Origin: Nanobdellota archaeon
GTDB taxonomy: Archaea > Nanobdellota > Nanobdellia > Pacearchaeales > GW2011-AR1
Assembly (NCBI GenBank): GCA_038045965.1
Contig: JBBSXD010000002.1
Location: forward strand, 1 to 36,746
Length of the DNA stretch: 36,746 bases
Direction of reading: 5' to 3'
Shown piece by piece: positions 27,215-35,686 of this stretch. The position numbers were made by a program, and so were the translations under genes. The notes under the pieces were generated by a model, which saw only the letters and a list, made by a program, of their open reading frames with translations, did no database searches and was not told the DNA's origin. Each line of letters opens with the position of its first letter. The stretch's first letter is position 1.

Positions 27215-27535
27215 CTATCTTCTCTCTAATAATTTCTTAACTTTTTCTTGAGCAGAATCTGATAATTCACAGTAAACAATTCTTCCATCTTTTAACCTTC
27301 CAAACACTTGTCTATTAGGATTATAAGGCTCACCATATCCATCACCTAAAGATTCTTTAAAAGGACCATCGATAAAATCTTTATTTCTACAAAGAGAATT
27401 AAATTCTTCTTTCTCAAGAAGTTCAGCTTTTCCATCATTCTCTAGAACATATTGTCTACAATTCTTTCTAGGAGCCAACTCATCTTTTAATTTCTGAATT
27501 TCATTAATTTCAGATAAATTATATTCTAATCCCAT
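27215..27535 (-). CDS. Hypothetical protein
   Basis: 106-aa ORF with upstream TATTTAAA. Confidence 0.7.
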   Translation of the reverse strand: MGLEYNLSEINEIQKLKDELAPRKNCRQYVLENDGKAELLEKEEFNSLCRNKDFIDGPFKESLGDGYGEPYNPNRQVFGRLKDGRIVYCELSDSAQEKVKKLLERR

Positions 27536-27645
27536 AAGAAACTTTACTAAATTATATTTAAATACATTTATGTCACATAAAAACTACAATCAAATAATTC
27601 AATTTCATTCAAAAAAATAAATAAAAAAATAATTTATGTTAGAAA

Positions 27646-27849
27646 CTAGAATCTTGGATTAGGATTCTTTTTTCTGAAACAATCTCTACAGTAAACTGGT
27701 TTGCCTTCTGTAGGTTTAAAAGGAACTTCACATTCTTGCTTGCATTCATCGCAAACAGCTTTATGCATTTCTCTTGGACCAAAATTGCTTCTAAATCCAC
27801 GATTAAATCCGCCCGATCTATTACTTCTCTGGTTGTCAAATCTTCCCAT
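27646..27849 (-). CDS. CxxC-x17-CxxC zinc-finger protein with RG-rich N-terminus
   Basis: PREMHKAVCDECKQECEVPFKPTEGKPVYCRDCF; GGGAGG Shine-Dalgarno. Confidence 0.93.
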   Translation of the reverse strand: MGRFDNQRSNRSGGFNRGFRSNFGPREMHKAVCDECKQECEVPFKPTEGKPVYCRDCFRKKNPNPRF

Positions 27850-27857
27850 ATTATTTT

Positions 27858-27927
27858 CCTCCCGATATATTTAAATAACTACTTATTTCTCAGAGATAGA
27901 ATAAACTAGCTCTATCGATTTAAATAT
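27858..27927 (-). promoter_or_regulatory. Structured 5' leader with Shine-Dalgarno
   Basis: ATATTTAAAT/ATTTAAATAT outer stem, GATAGA/TCTATC inner stem; TATA-like box near 27950-27960. Confidence 0.45.
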
Positions 27928-28028
27928 TTATAAAAAGAGTTATACACTATTTTTAAACCTTTGTTTTTTCAAAAATTATGTTCTATGATTTTTTAATTAT
28001 TATAAACAAAATAAATAATATCAGATCA

Positions 28029-28074
28029 TAGTTCTAGGAAGTATCTAACTACAATCTACTTGGTGTAAACAAGT
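28029..28074 (-). pseudogene. tRNA-Val(TAC) relic A: intact anticodon arm, decayed T arm
   Basis: ACTTG-TTTACAC-CAAGT, AGAT, TGTAG-TTAGATA-CTTCC. Confidence 0.6.
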
Positions 28075-28145
28075 ATAAAATTATTGTTCTTTTTTTATTA
28101 AACACTTTTTATGACACCTTATTTGCTCTAAAATACCAGCAAAAA

Positions 28146-28186
28146 TCGACGATACCAGAATTGAACTGGTGAATACTCTGTGTAAA
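28146..28186 (-). pseudogene. tRNA-Val(TAC) relic B: 3' half starting at the anticodon loop
   Basis: TTTACAC-AGAGT-ATTC-ACCAG-TTCAATT-CTGGT-ATCGTCG-A; exact tRNA spacing and perfect T stem; no 5' half. Confidence 0.75.
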
Positions 28187-28209
28187 TAAGATTAATATTT
28201 TTGTTAATT

Positions 28210-28545
28210 CTAATCAATCTTTATTTTACTTATCTCTTCTTTAAGTTTTGATAAATCAATTTCAATTATGTTCCAAACTCTCTCCAAATTTAATCCAAAA
28301 TAAGCATGACTTAATATATCTCTAAATCCTGCTATGTCTTTCCAAACTATTCTCGGATATTTTTCCCTAAATGAGTCTGGTATATTTTTAACTGCTTCTC
28401 CAATTATCTCTAATTGTCTTATTATCGCGCTTTGTCTAAGATTATTTTTAAAAAACTTTTCCTTGTTTAGACCTCTCGAGAATTCTTCTATATTCCTTAT
28501 ACTTTTTGCTATATCCTCAATAAATAATCCAATGTCTCTCTTCAT
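28210..28545 (-). CDS. HepT-like (DUF86) HEPN ribonuclease toxin
   Basis: AIIRQLEIIGEA, WKDIAGFRDILSHAYF (RxxxxH). Confidence 0.93.
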   Translation of the reverse strand: MKRDIGLFIEDIAKSIRNIEEFSRGLNKEKFFKNNLRQSAIIRQLEIIGEAVKNIPDSFREKYPRIVWKDIAGFRDILSHAYFGLNLERVWNIIEIDLSKLKEEISKIKID

Positions 28546-29015
28546 ATTATTCTTACCTCTTCATTTAAGATTCTTTCCTTTATTCTGGGTTTTATAGCGT
28601 TATATTCAACTAAATCTACTTTTCTTTTTAATAATCCCTCTAATAATCTGATTAATCCTATAAAACCAAGCAAGCTCATAGTATTATCCTTAATTTCAAC
28701 AGCTATATCGATGTCGCTACTTTTATTTTGTTCACCTCTTGAATAGCTGCCAAATACCCCTGCTCTGACAACTTTGTTTTTCCTTAAGGTTCCTACTATC
28801 TTAGATTTAATCTTCTCTATTTCTTTATTTGTTTTTTTTATCTTTTTAGATAACAACTTTTCATCAGCCATTTTCTCTTTTTTTAATAGTTCCAAACTTA
28901 ATAAATTATATCCAAGATATACCCTTTTTTTTGAGATCTTATTGCCATTTCTTATAGAGATAACTCTATAATAATATTTTTTATCATTAATATTTCTAAC
29001 TTCAGTATATGTCAT
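28542..29015 (-). CDS. MNT (MntA-like) antitoxin with extra N-terminal basic beta domain
   Basis: FGSYSRGEQNKSSDIDI, RKVDLV; ATGA overlap with HepT; start reassigned to MTYTEVR downstream of TATA. Confidence 0.9.
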   Translation of the reverse strand: MTYTEVRNINDKKYYYRVISIRNGNKISKKRVYLGYNLLSLELLKKEKMADEKLLSKKIKKTNKEIEKIKSKIVGTLRKNKVVRAGVFGSYSRGEQNKSSDIDIAVEIKDNTMSLLGFIGLIRLLEGLLKRKVDLVEYNAIKPRIKERILNEEVRII

Positions 29016-29025
29016 AATAATATTA

Positions 29026-29060
29026 TGTCTACATTCTTTATAAATCTTCATATGTAGACA
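29026..29060 (-). promoter_or_regulatory. TATA box flanked by a 9-bp inverted repeat (operator)
   Basis: TGTCTACAT (29026-29034) / ATGTAGACA (29052-29060) around TTTATAAA. Confidence 0.7.
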
Positions 29061-29084
29061 CAACAAAAAAATTTAAAATAAACA

Positions 29085-29155
29085 TGGGCGCACGAGGAGT
29101 CGAACCTCGAAGAGTTCGGTGTAAACGAACCAGTTTACCGCTAGCTTATGCGCCC
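29085..29155 (-). tRNA. tRNA-Val(TAC)
   Basis: GGGCGCA/TGCGCCC, GTTCG-TTTACAC-CGAAC, CGAGG-TTCGACT-CCTCG, A73. Confidence 0.96.
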
Positions 29156-29261
29156 ATTCTTTTTTATTAATTTTAATAATAAACTTATTATCAAGTATCA
29201 ATAACCTAAATTATTAAAAATCAGGACTTTTAAAACTTACCTCTTCTTAAATTTTTAAATG

Positions 29262-30086
29262 TTATAAATTCAACCTTCCATTCTGCCAGTCTCTTACAAT
29301 GTCTAAACAAGTTCTATATTCATCAACTAATCCTCCCCTAACCAAATAACTTTTCATCATGCCAATTTTCTCAACAACATTTTCTACATCTTCACTAATT
29401 TGAACACCATAAAAATCTTCAAAATTTTTTGGATTATTTTTAAAAAATAATTTAATTATTATATGTGCTAATTCCTCAGGATTTCTAAGTTTATCAGTTC
29501 TAGCTCCAATAAGTCCATATTTTATTTCATCTTCCAATTTATTTTCTTTTAAAGGAATAACCCCTGGACTATCAATAATTTTAATTTCGTTGCTTATTTT
29601 AACCCAATGAATTCCATGAGTAGTTCCAGCTTTTTTAGTAACATTCACTTTTCTCTTATGAGCCAAAGCGTTTATTATACTTGATTTACCAACATTTGGA
29701 TAACCTAAAATACCTACAACAATATCCGCCTTAGCTTCTCTTATTTTAAATTTTTTATTTTCAAGATGAATCACCTTTTCTCTCTTCCCATATATTTTAA
29801 AAATTTTCTTAATTGCATATAAAATTACTTTAACATCTTTAGGTTTTTTAGCGCTCACAAAAACTACATCTCCTTCTTTTTTCAGATCTAAAATTTGTTT
29901 CTTTAAAATATTTCTGTTTACTAAATCGCTCTTATTTACAACAAATAATAATGGTCTCCCAATTTCTTTAACTAAATTTTCAATTTCTTCATTTCTAGAG
30001 ACTTCAATCAATCTTGCATCCAAAATTTCCAAAACTAAATCTGATTCTATAATTATTCTTTTAATTAAATCCCAGTAAGCTTCCAT
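29262..30086 (-). CDS. Circularly permuted ribosome-biogenesis GTPase (YlqF/RbgA family)
   Basis: DAR and NKSD precede GYPNVGKSS, GTT and DSPG. Confidence 0.93.
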   Translation of the reverse strand: MEAYWDLIKRIIIESDLVLEILDARLIEVSRNEEIENLVKEIGRPLLFVVNKSDLVNRNILKKQILDLKKEGDVVFVSAKKPKDVKVILYAIKKIFKIYGKREKVIHLENKKFKIREAKADIVVGILGYPNVGKSSIINALAHKRKVNVTKKAGTTHGIHWVKISNEIKIIDSPGVIPLKENKLEDEIKYGLIGARTDKLRNPEELAHIIIKLFFKNNPKNFEDFYGVQISEDVENVVEKIGMMKSYLVRGGLVDEYRTCLDIVRDWQNGRLNL

Positions 30087-30162
30087 ATCGATACTATTTT
30101 AACAACATTAATAAATCTTTCAAAACATAAATGCTTAAAAAATTAAAGATTTTAATATTTTT

Positions 30163-30615
30163 ATGAATATTCAAAGAGTAAAACAAGGTGGAAGAATAAC
30201 ATATGCTAATGGGATATATATGATTTTCTTAGGGCTCTTCATAATCTTTTTTGATAATATGAATATGAAATCAAATTTTAATGCTATAAATCAATTATGG
30301 GGATTTTTTTCAAAATTCAATCCTGAAATAGCCAATATTTTTATTTTATATCATATATTAATTGGAACATTAATTATACCTTCAGGAATAATTATAATTT
30401 ATTTATCAGATTATATAATAAAAAGAAAAGAAAAAACTACGTGGGTGATGTTATTTTTATTTGGTATAATAGAATGGGTATCTCTTTTGATAATTTCTTT
30501 TTTGTTAAAAAATACTATTTTTATAATAATAACTTTTATAGGCTGGAGTATGTTTTGTTTAGGAATGTTAATTCCTATAGAATATTATCTCCAAAAAAAT
30601 TACAGAGAGTACTAA
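30163..30615 (+). CDS. Four-TM membrane protein
   Basis: Four hydrophobic segments. Confidence 0.75.
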   Translation: MNIQRVKQGGRITYANGIYMIFLGLFIIFFDNMNMKSNFNAINQLWGFFSKFNPEIANIFILYHILIGTLIIPSGIIIIYLSDYIIKRKEKTTWVMLFLFGIIEWVSLLIISFLLKNTIFIIITFIGWSMFCLGMLIPIEYYLQKNYREY

Positions 30616-30674
30616 AAAACACGCAAAGTTTTTAAAGCCATTTTCTCACTTAATTACATTCGTATATACTAAAA

Positions 30675-30983
30675 ATGTCAAAAGTAAGAATAAAATTAAA
30701 AAGTATGAAAATAGAAGATCTTAATAATATTTGTAATCAGATATCTGAAATAGCCAGTAAATTGGGAGTTCCAATAAGTGGACCTATTCCTCTTCCAACA
30801 AAAAAACTAAAAATAACAACCAGAAAATCTCCATGCGGAAACGGAACAGCGACATTTGATAATTATGAGATGAGAATACACTCGAGGGTAATTGATCTGC
30901 CAGCAGACGATAGAGTACTTCATTCTGTTATGAGATTATATGTTCCAAGAAATATAAATATAAAAATTGAAATGAAAGATTAA
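30675..30983 (+). CDS. rps10: 30S ribosomal protein uS10
   Basis: SGPIPLPTK, RKSPCGNGTATFDNYEMRIH. Confidence 0.97.
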   Translation: MSKVRIKLKSMKIEDLNNICNQISEIASKLGVPISGPIPLPTKKLKITTRKSPCGNGTATFDNYEMRIHSRVIDLPADDRVLHSVMRLYVPRNINIKIEMKD

Positions 30984-31016
30984 ATTCTATAGCATTAATT
31001 TTTTTAACTAAAGAAA

Positions 31017-31205
31017 TGTGTTATTATTGGTAATTCTAATAAAAATAATTTTAAAGAATTTGAGAGAAAACATGATATTAAGTTTCATTTAATTAATATT
31101 AAAAAATTTGATGATATAACCCCAGTTTTAAAAGAAGAAATAAAAAATAAACATTTAATGATTCAAGATTCTGAAAAAATAGTAAAATGGATGTTAACAA
31201 ATTAA
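31017..31205 (+). pseudogene. Start-less C-terminal remnant of an MNT-type protein
   Basis: VIIG...FERKHDIKFHLINIKKF...LKEEIKNKHLMIQ...*; overlaps the start of the HEPN remnant. Confidence 0.55.
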
Positions 31206-31470
31206 AATGGTGCTGTAAACAGCGATCTGGATTAGAAATAAATAATCCAAATGATAATTTAGCTAGAGAATATATACAAGGTGCAGAAGAAACTCTTTTA
31301 GTATTACAAGATCTTAAAGGCAAATCAAATATGTGATTAGCAACAACAAAATATCACCTTGAATACTTTTCTATTTATGTTTTACTTCAAAAATAGGAAT
31401 AAAATGCAAAATTTATGAATGCACAATAGAAGTAGCTAAATTGTTAGAAGAAATAAAGATAAATTACTGA
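31187..31470 (+). pseudogene. HEPN-domain pseudogene
   Basis: MDVNKLKWC...PNDNLAREYI..AEE...SNM*(W)LATTKY...; in-frame TGA at 31334, frameshift near 31393 to IGIKC..ECTI, then truncation. Confidence 0.75.
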
Positions 31471-31541
31471 AGAATTATTTTATGCTCTTTATTATTGTGG
31501 TTTAATAATACTTTCTAAATCAATATTGAGAATAGAAACAT

Positions 31542-32783
31542 TTAACTTAACTTCTCATTTATTTTCTTGAGGTTCCATAGGATAATTTTTTGCAATGTCT
31601 GAAAAAGTTTCTCATCTTCTCTTTTCTTTGATCCTTTTGTATAATTAATATATTCATCTAACAATCCAAATGGGATATCAAATATTGGAATATCTTTTAT
31701 CTGTAATAAATAAAATGTAATTAATCTTGTTGTTCTACTGTTTCCATCAACAAAAGGATGTATATGCTGGAACTCATTATGAAAATAAACTGCAAAATTC
31801 AAAATTTTATTAAAAGATAATTTTCTCTTTTTAATAAATTTATTATACTCTTCAAATAAAAAATCTAATTCTTTTTGGACGTTTTTAGCCTTTTTTATTT
31901 TAAAATTAGGATTTCCTTTAATATAAACTTCTTCAGCTCTTATTTTGCCAGCAATGCTTGGAATATGATTCATTGCTATTTTGTGATAATTAAGAATTAA
32001 ATTTATATTTAAAACTTTTTTTTGTACGCTATCCTGCAACATCTGTAAAATAGCATTTTGATAGTTTTTTATTTCTTCAACATCTAAAGCTTTCAAATTA
32101 CCGGGAATAATTTTATCTTGCAATATTTTAAAAGTCTCTGATAAAGTTACAGGATTTCCTTCTATCGAAAGACTATGATAAGTAAATGATATCTCAAACT
32201 CTTTTACAATATTTCTGTATAGATTCTCGTCTTTCCTTTTTAATCTCTTAAAAATATTTAATTCTCTTTCTATTTCTTTATTATACAAGTAAGAACTTTC
32301 TTTAATAATCTGATTTTTGTAATTAAAATAAACAAGAATATTATTTAACAAAACATTATAAAATATTTTTACTCTTAATGGTTTTTTTGATATAATAAGG
32401 GCCAATCCAAATCTATTCAACATTTCTGTATATTTTTTAAAAGTTCTTGGATGTACACCTGCATCATCTGAAGTAATTTCTTCCTTTTGTAAAGTTTTAC
32501 TTAAGAATGCTGCGAAATTCTTATCAAGCAGATAATTATAACTAACATTATTCTTTAAACAATGTTGAATTATGCCGTATAAAATCTCTGTTTTTTTGTT
32601 TATATTCACTTCAAAACCATGTTTAGTTTTCCTTAAAAGATTTAAAGCAACAAGTTCTCTAAGCTGTTTGTGGATTGCATGATAATCTTCTTGAGATTTA
32701 TTAAATTCTCTTACAACATCTACAGGTCTCATGGAAAATCTATTCTTATACATTAATTCAAAAATATCATATTTAGTTACCAT
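31542..32783 (-). CDS. Fic-domain protein with N-terminal winged-helix-like region
   Basis: HPFVDGNSRTTR; autoinhibitory-type SLSIEGN. Confidence 0.92.
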   Translation of the reverse strand: MVTKYDIFELMYKNRFSMRPVDVVREFNKSQEDYHAIHKQLRELVALNLLRKTKHGFEVNINKKTEILYGIIQHCLKNNVSYNYLLDKNFAAFLSKTLQKEEITSDDAGVHPRTFKKYTEMLNRFGLALIISKKPLRVKIFYNVLLNNILVYFNYKNQIIKESSYLYNKEIERELNIFKRLKRKDENLYRNIVKEFEISFTYHSLSIEGNPVTLSETFKILQDKIIPGNLKALDVEEIKNYQNAILQMLQDSVQKKVLNINLILNYHKIAMNHIPSIAGKIRAEEVYIKGNPNFKIKKAKNVQKELDFLFEEYNKFIKKRKLSFNKILNFAVYFHNEFQHIHPFVDGNSRTTRLITFYLLQIKDIPIFDIPFGLLDEYINYTKGSKKREDEKLFQTLQKIILWNLKKINEKLS

Positions 32784-32944
32784 AATAATATATACTGCTT
32801 TTATATTTAAAAATCTTTCTATATAGCATAAAAAGTAACATATTATGTAATAAATAATGCCAAATATACCCTTATATTCATAGGAAAAGACTTATGTCTT
32901 TCACCATAGGATAATCCTATAAACTATAGAATCAATTAAAATAA

Positions 32945-35629
32945 TTAGAGATAAAATTCTAAATTCAATTCCTTAATCAAAACTCCGTCTTCAAATCTTT
33001 CTATAATATCTATCGTCCCAACAAATTTATTATTTATATCTGATAATTTTAATTCTTTATCAACTTTAGTTATTGATATCTCTTCTTTAGGTAAAGAGAT
33101 ATCACAATCTCTTCTTTGAACCACTTCTCCAACTTCTCCATTTTCATTTGTACAAATTCTACTCTGCTCTCCTCCTAAAATTAAAGAATTTTCATTTAAA
33201 TTATTTAATTCGTAATTAACATTACATTTACCCCATTCTCCGCATACAAAATCTTTAGGAACAATTATTTCTTTATTAATAACCTCCTTAAAAATAATTT
33301 CATTAATATTATTGTTATTTTCAGAAGGACTTTTTGAAGCTGACACACTTGCTCCTCCGCTTCCACTAGCGGCTCCGCCTCCAGAACTACCTCCAGAATC
33401 ACTACTAGTTATATTAAATGTTACAGATGTTCTGTTTTCATTTCCTGCAGTATCATTAACATATATTGTTGCATTATGAGGACCTACTACCCAAGTTATC
33501 GTCGTTAAATTACCACATGATGCAAGAGTTGTATTAACTGAATACGAATCATTTGAATACCAACATGATTCTAAATTAATATCTGACCTCGTATATAAAA
33601 TATCTAAACCAGTATCCGAACTTTCAGTTTTATTTATTGGTGAAGTTATATTCACATCTGGTTTTATACTATCTATCTTAAAACTTCTCGTACTTTTATT
33701 CTGTCTATCAGAAGTATCATTTGCCCATATTGTAACATTATGCAATCCATCTGACCATGTCAGCGTCGTTATATTTCCACATGATGCAAGAGTTATATTA
33801 ACTAAATAAGTATCATTAGAATACCAGCATGATTCTAAATTAGCATCTGATCTTGTATATAAAATATCTAATCCAGTGTCAGAACTATTTGAATTGTTTA
33901 TACTTGGAGTCGTTATAGAAATATCTGGGGGGAGACTATCGTTTAAATGAACAATTAAATTTTTTGTTACTGAACTTAAAATAGGACTATAAAAATTATG
34001 TCCTCCTAAAGAAGAAACGCTGGAATAATTTCCTGCATAAAAACTAAAATTCAAAGTTAAATTAGTGCTTGAACCGCTTATTGCAAAAGTATTATTCCCG
34101 CTAAAGACTTGTGCAGCGGTGCTTGTCCAGCCTCCATCATAATAAGCCACACTTAAATTAATACTGCTATTGGAATAATTAAAAACATCTCCAGTAACAA
34201 CTACTTCTGTATATCCTGAAGATATATTTAGTATGCTTTGATTTCCAAATTCCTGAATTCCAGATGAATTAAATCTAGGAGATTGATTATTATAAATGTC
34301 TAGAACCTGTGCAGCAGTTAAGCTTACGTTCTGGAAAAACATAAATTCATCTATGGATCCGTTGAAATATTCTCCGTAGGTGCTGTTGGTGCCGAGAGAT
34401 AATGTACCGCCAGTAGATATAGATCCAATAGCTCCACAATTTAAACCAGTTCTATTATCTATATATAGAGAAATATTTAAAGTAGATTTATTAACTATAG
34501 CAGATATAAAATGCCACTTACTTACTGTAATATTTTGACCTCCAAAAGGATCTCCACCACTACCACAAATTAATCCGTTAGAATCTGCATCAGTAGTAAT
34601 ATTATTATAAGTAGAAATATATATAATTTTGTTATTATCAAAACTAATTAAAGTTTGTGCTCTCTTTGTAGCATTACTTGACACTTCAGTTTTAAACCAC
34701 ATTGTAAAAGACCAAGGCAAATCTAAATTAGTTGGTAACAATAAGCTCTCGTTCGTCGTACTTTTTGTAACATTAATAAAATCTCCATCGCCATCAAATT
34801 GATAACATCCTCCATACATACCACAAGTTCTATTCCATTTTCCAGTTCCATTCAAGAAAACATCTCCATCATTATCCCATCTTGTAAAATCATATGTAAA
34901 ATTTCCTTTTCTATTCCCATAAATACCAGCTATATTTCTAGTTTCTTGAGTATGATTAACATCAAATGGGTAATATATTACCAACCCGTTAATAGGTAAC
35001 GGTCTTGCTCCACCACTATCATTATAATAAGGACTCTGATTACTAATAACTAAATGTGTAAAATTATTTTCTCTAGTTATGTTTATAGTATTCGTATCTG
35101 AAGAAACATCTGAGATGTTTATTTTTAAAGATAAAGGATCGTATATATAATCAAACTCTATAGAACCATTAACTTTTAAATAAAAGATACTAGTTGAGTT
35201 CTTTAATTTTTCTAGAGAATTCTTGTATAATTTATTTTCTTTAACATAGACATTAAAAAGTAGATTTTCATCATCAGAATAAGCATAAACATTCCCACCT
35301 TTCTCGCTTCTTGCATAAAAACTGATATCATTTAAATTTGAGGGGGACTTTTCAAATTCTAATTTAATAGATTCTCCATCTTTTATTATAACATACTTAT
35401 CATCTTTCTTAATAACTAAATTAAATATATTTTCCATAAAATTCATATCACCATCTAAATGTTCAGCATTAATAATAGATATTATTTTACCAGAATAATC
35501 ATCTTTAATTAATCCAGAATTTTCTTCAAAATTTACTAGATAATAAAAAATTATTAGAATAAAGAATAATATAAAGATAATTATTGCAACTCTATCGCTC
35601 TTTCTATTTATATCCCAAAATTTCACCAT
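32945..35629 (-). CDS. Large surface glycoprotein with LamG (ConA-like) domain and two Ig-like repeats
   Basis: N-terminal TM; FDGDGDFI, WHF, YFNGSIDE; many NxS/T sequons; Gly/Ser linker; Cys-rich C-terminal motif. Confidence 0.85.
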   Translation of the reverse strand: MVKFWDINRKSDRVAIIIFILFFILIIFYYLVNFEENSGLIKDDYSGKIISIINAEHLDGDMNFMENIFNLVIKKDDKYVIIKDGESIKLEFEKSPSNLNDISFYARSEKGGNVYAYSDDENLLFNVYVKENKLYKNSLEKLKNSTSIFYLKVNGSIEFDYIYDPLSLKINISDVSSDTNTINITRENNFTHLVISNQSPYYNDSGGARPLPINGLVIYYPFDVNHTQETRNIAGIYGNRKGNFTYDFTRWDNDGDVFLNGTGKWNRTCGMYGGCYQFDGDGDFINVTKSTTNESLLLPTNLDLPWSFTMWFKTEVSSNATKRAQTLISFDNNKIIYISTYNNITTDADSNGLICGSGGDPFGGQNITVSKWHFISAIVNKSTLNISLYIDNRTGLNCGAIGSISTGGTLSLGTNSTYGEYFNGSIDEFMFFQNVSLTAAQVLDIYNNQSPRFNSSGIQEFGNQSILNISSGYTEVVVTGDVFNYSNSSINLSVAYYDGGWTSTAAQVFSGNNTFAISGSSTNLTLNFSFYAGNYSSVSSLGGHNFYSPILSSVTKNLIVHLNDSLPPDISITTPSINNSNSSDTGLDILYTRSDANLESCWYSNDTYLVNITLASCGNITTLTWSDGLHNVTIWANDTSDRQNKSTRSFKIDSIKPDVNITSPINKTESSDTGLDILYTRSDINLESCWYSNDSYSVNTTLASCGNLTTITWVVGPHNATIYVNDTAGNENRTSVTFNITSSDSGGSSGGGAASGSGGASVSASKSPSENNNNINEIIFKEVINKEIIVPKDFVCGEWGKCNVNYELNNLNENSLILGGEQSRICTNENGEVGEVVQRRDCDISLPKEEISITKVDKELKLSDINNKFVGTIDIIERFEDGVLIKELNLEFYL
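33415..33930 (-). repeat. Intragenic tandem duplication, 264-nt (88-aa) period
   Basis: SSDTGLDILYTRSD.NLESCWYSND.Y.VN.TLASCGN twice; CCACATGATGCAAGAGTT at 33513 and 33777. Confidence 0.9.
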
Positions 35630-35686
35630 CTTTTAAAACAAAACTTATAAAAATATAGTAAAGTATATTTAATAATTTATCTAGAG

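Noticed and set aside
28146-28186. Trans-spliced split-tRNA half as in Nanoarchaeum
   Set aside because: No GC-rich complementary leader or bulge-helix-bulge motif is visible, and an intact Val(TAC) gene is adjacent; not fully excluded without the whole genome
22663-31323. ORF-track entries 22663..22881, 25231..25446, 27639..27839, 28334..28597, 28774..28971, 30441..30635 and 31099..31323
   Set aside because: Antisense or alternate-frame overlaps of better-supported genes or pseudogenes
31334-31336. In-frame TGA at a probable Trp position as evidence of an alternative genetic code
   Set aside because: The same gene is also frameshifted and truncated; intact genes use TGG for Trp and several end in TGA
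33415-33930. Repeat pair as a DGR template/variable region
   Set aside because: Both copies are in-frame coding, differences are not confined to adenines, and no reverse transcriptase is in the window
34799-34999. 66-aa plus-strand ORF
   Set aside because: Antisense shadow inside the LamG gene
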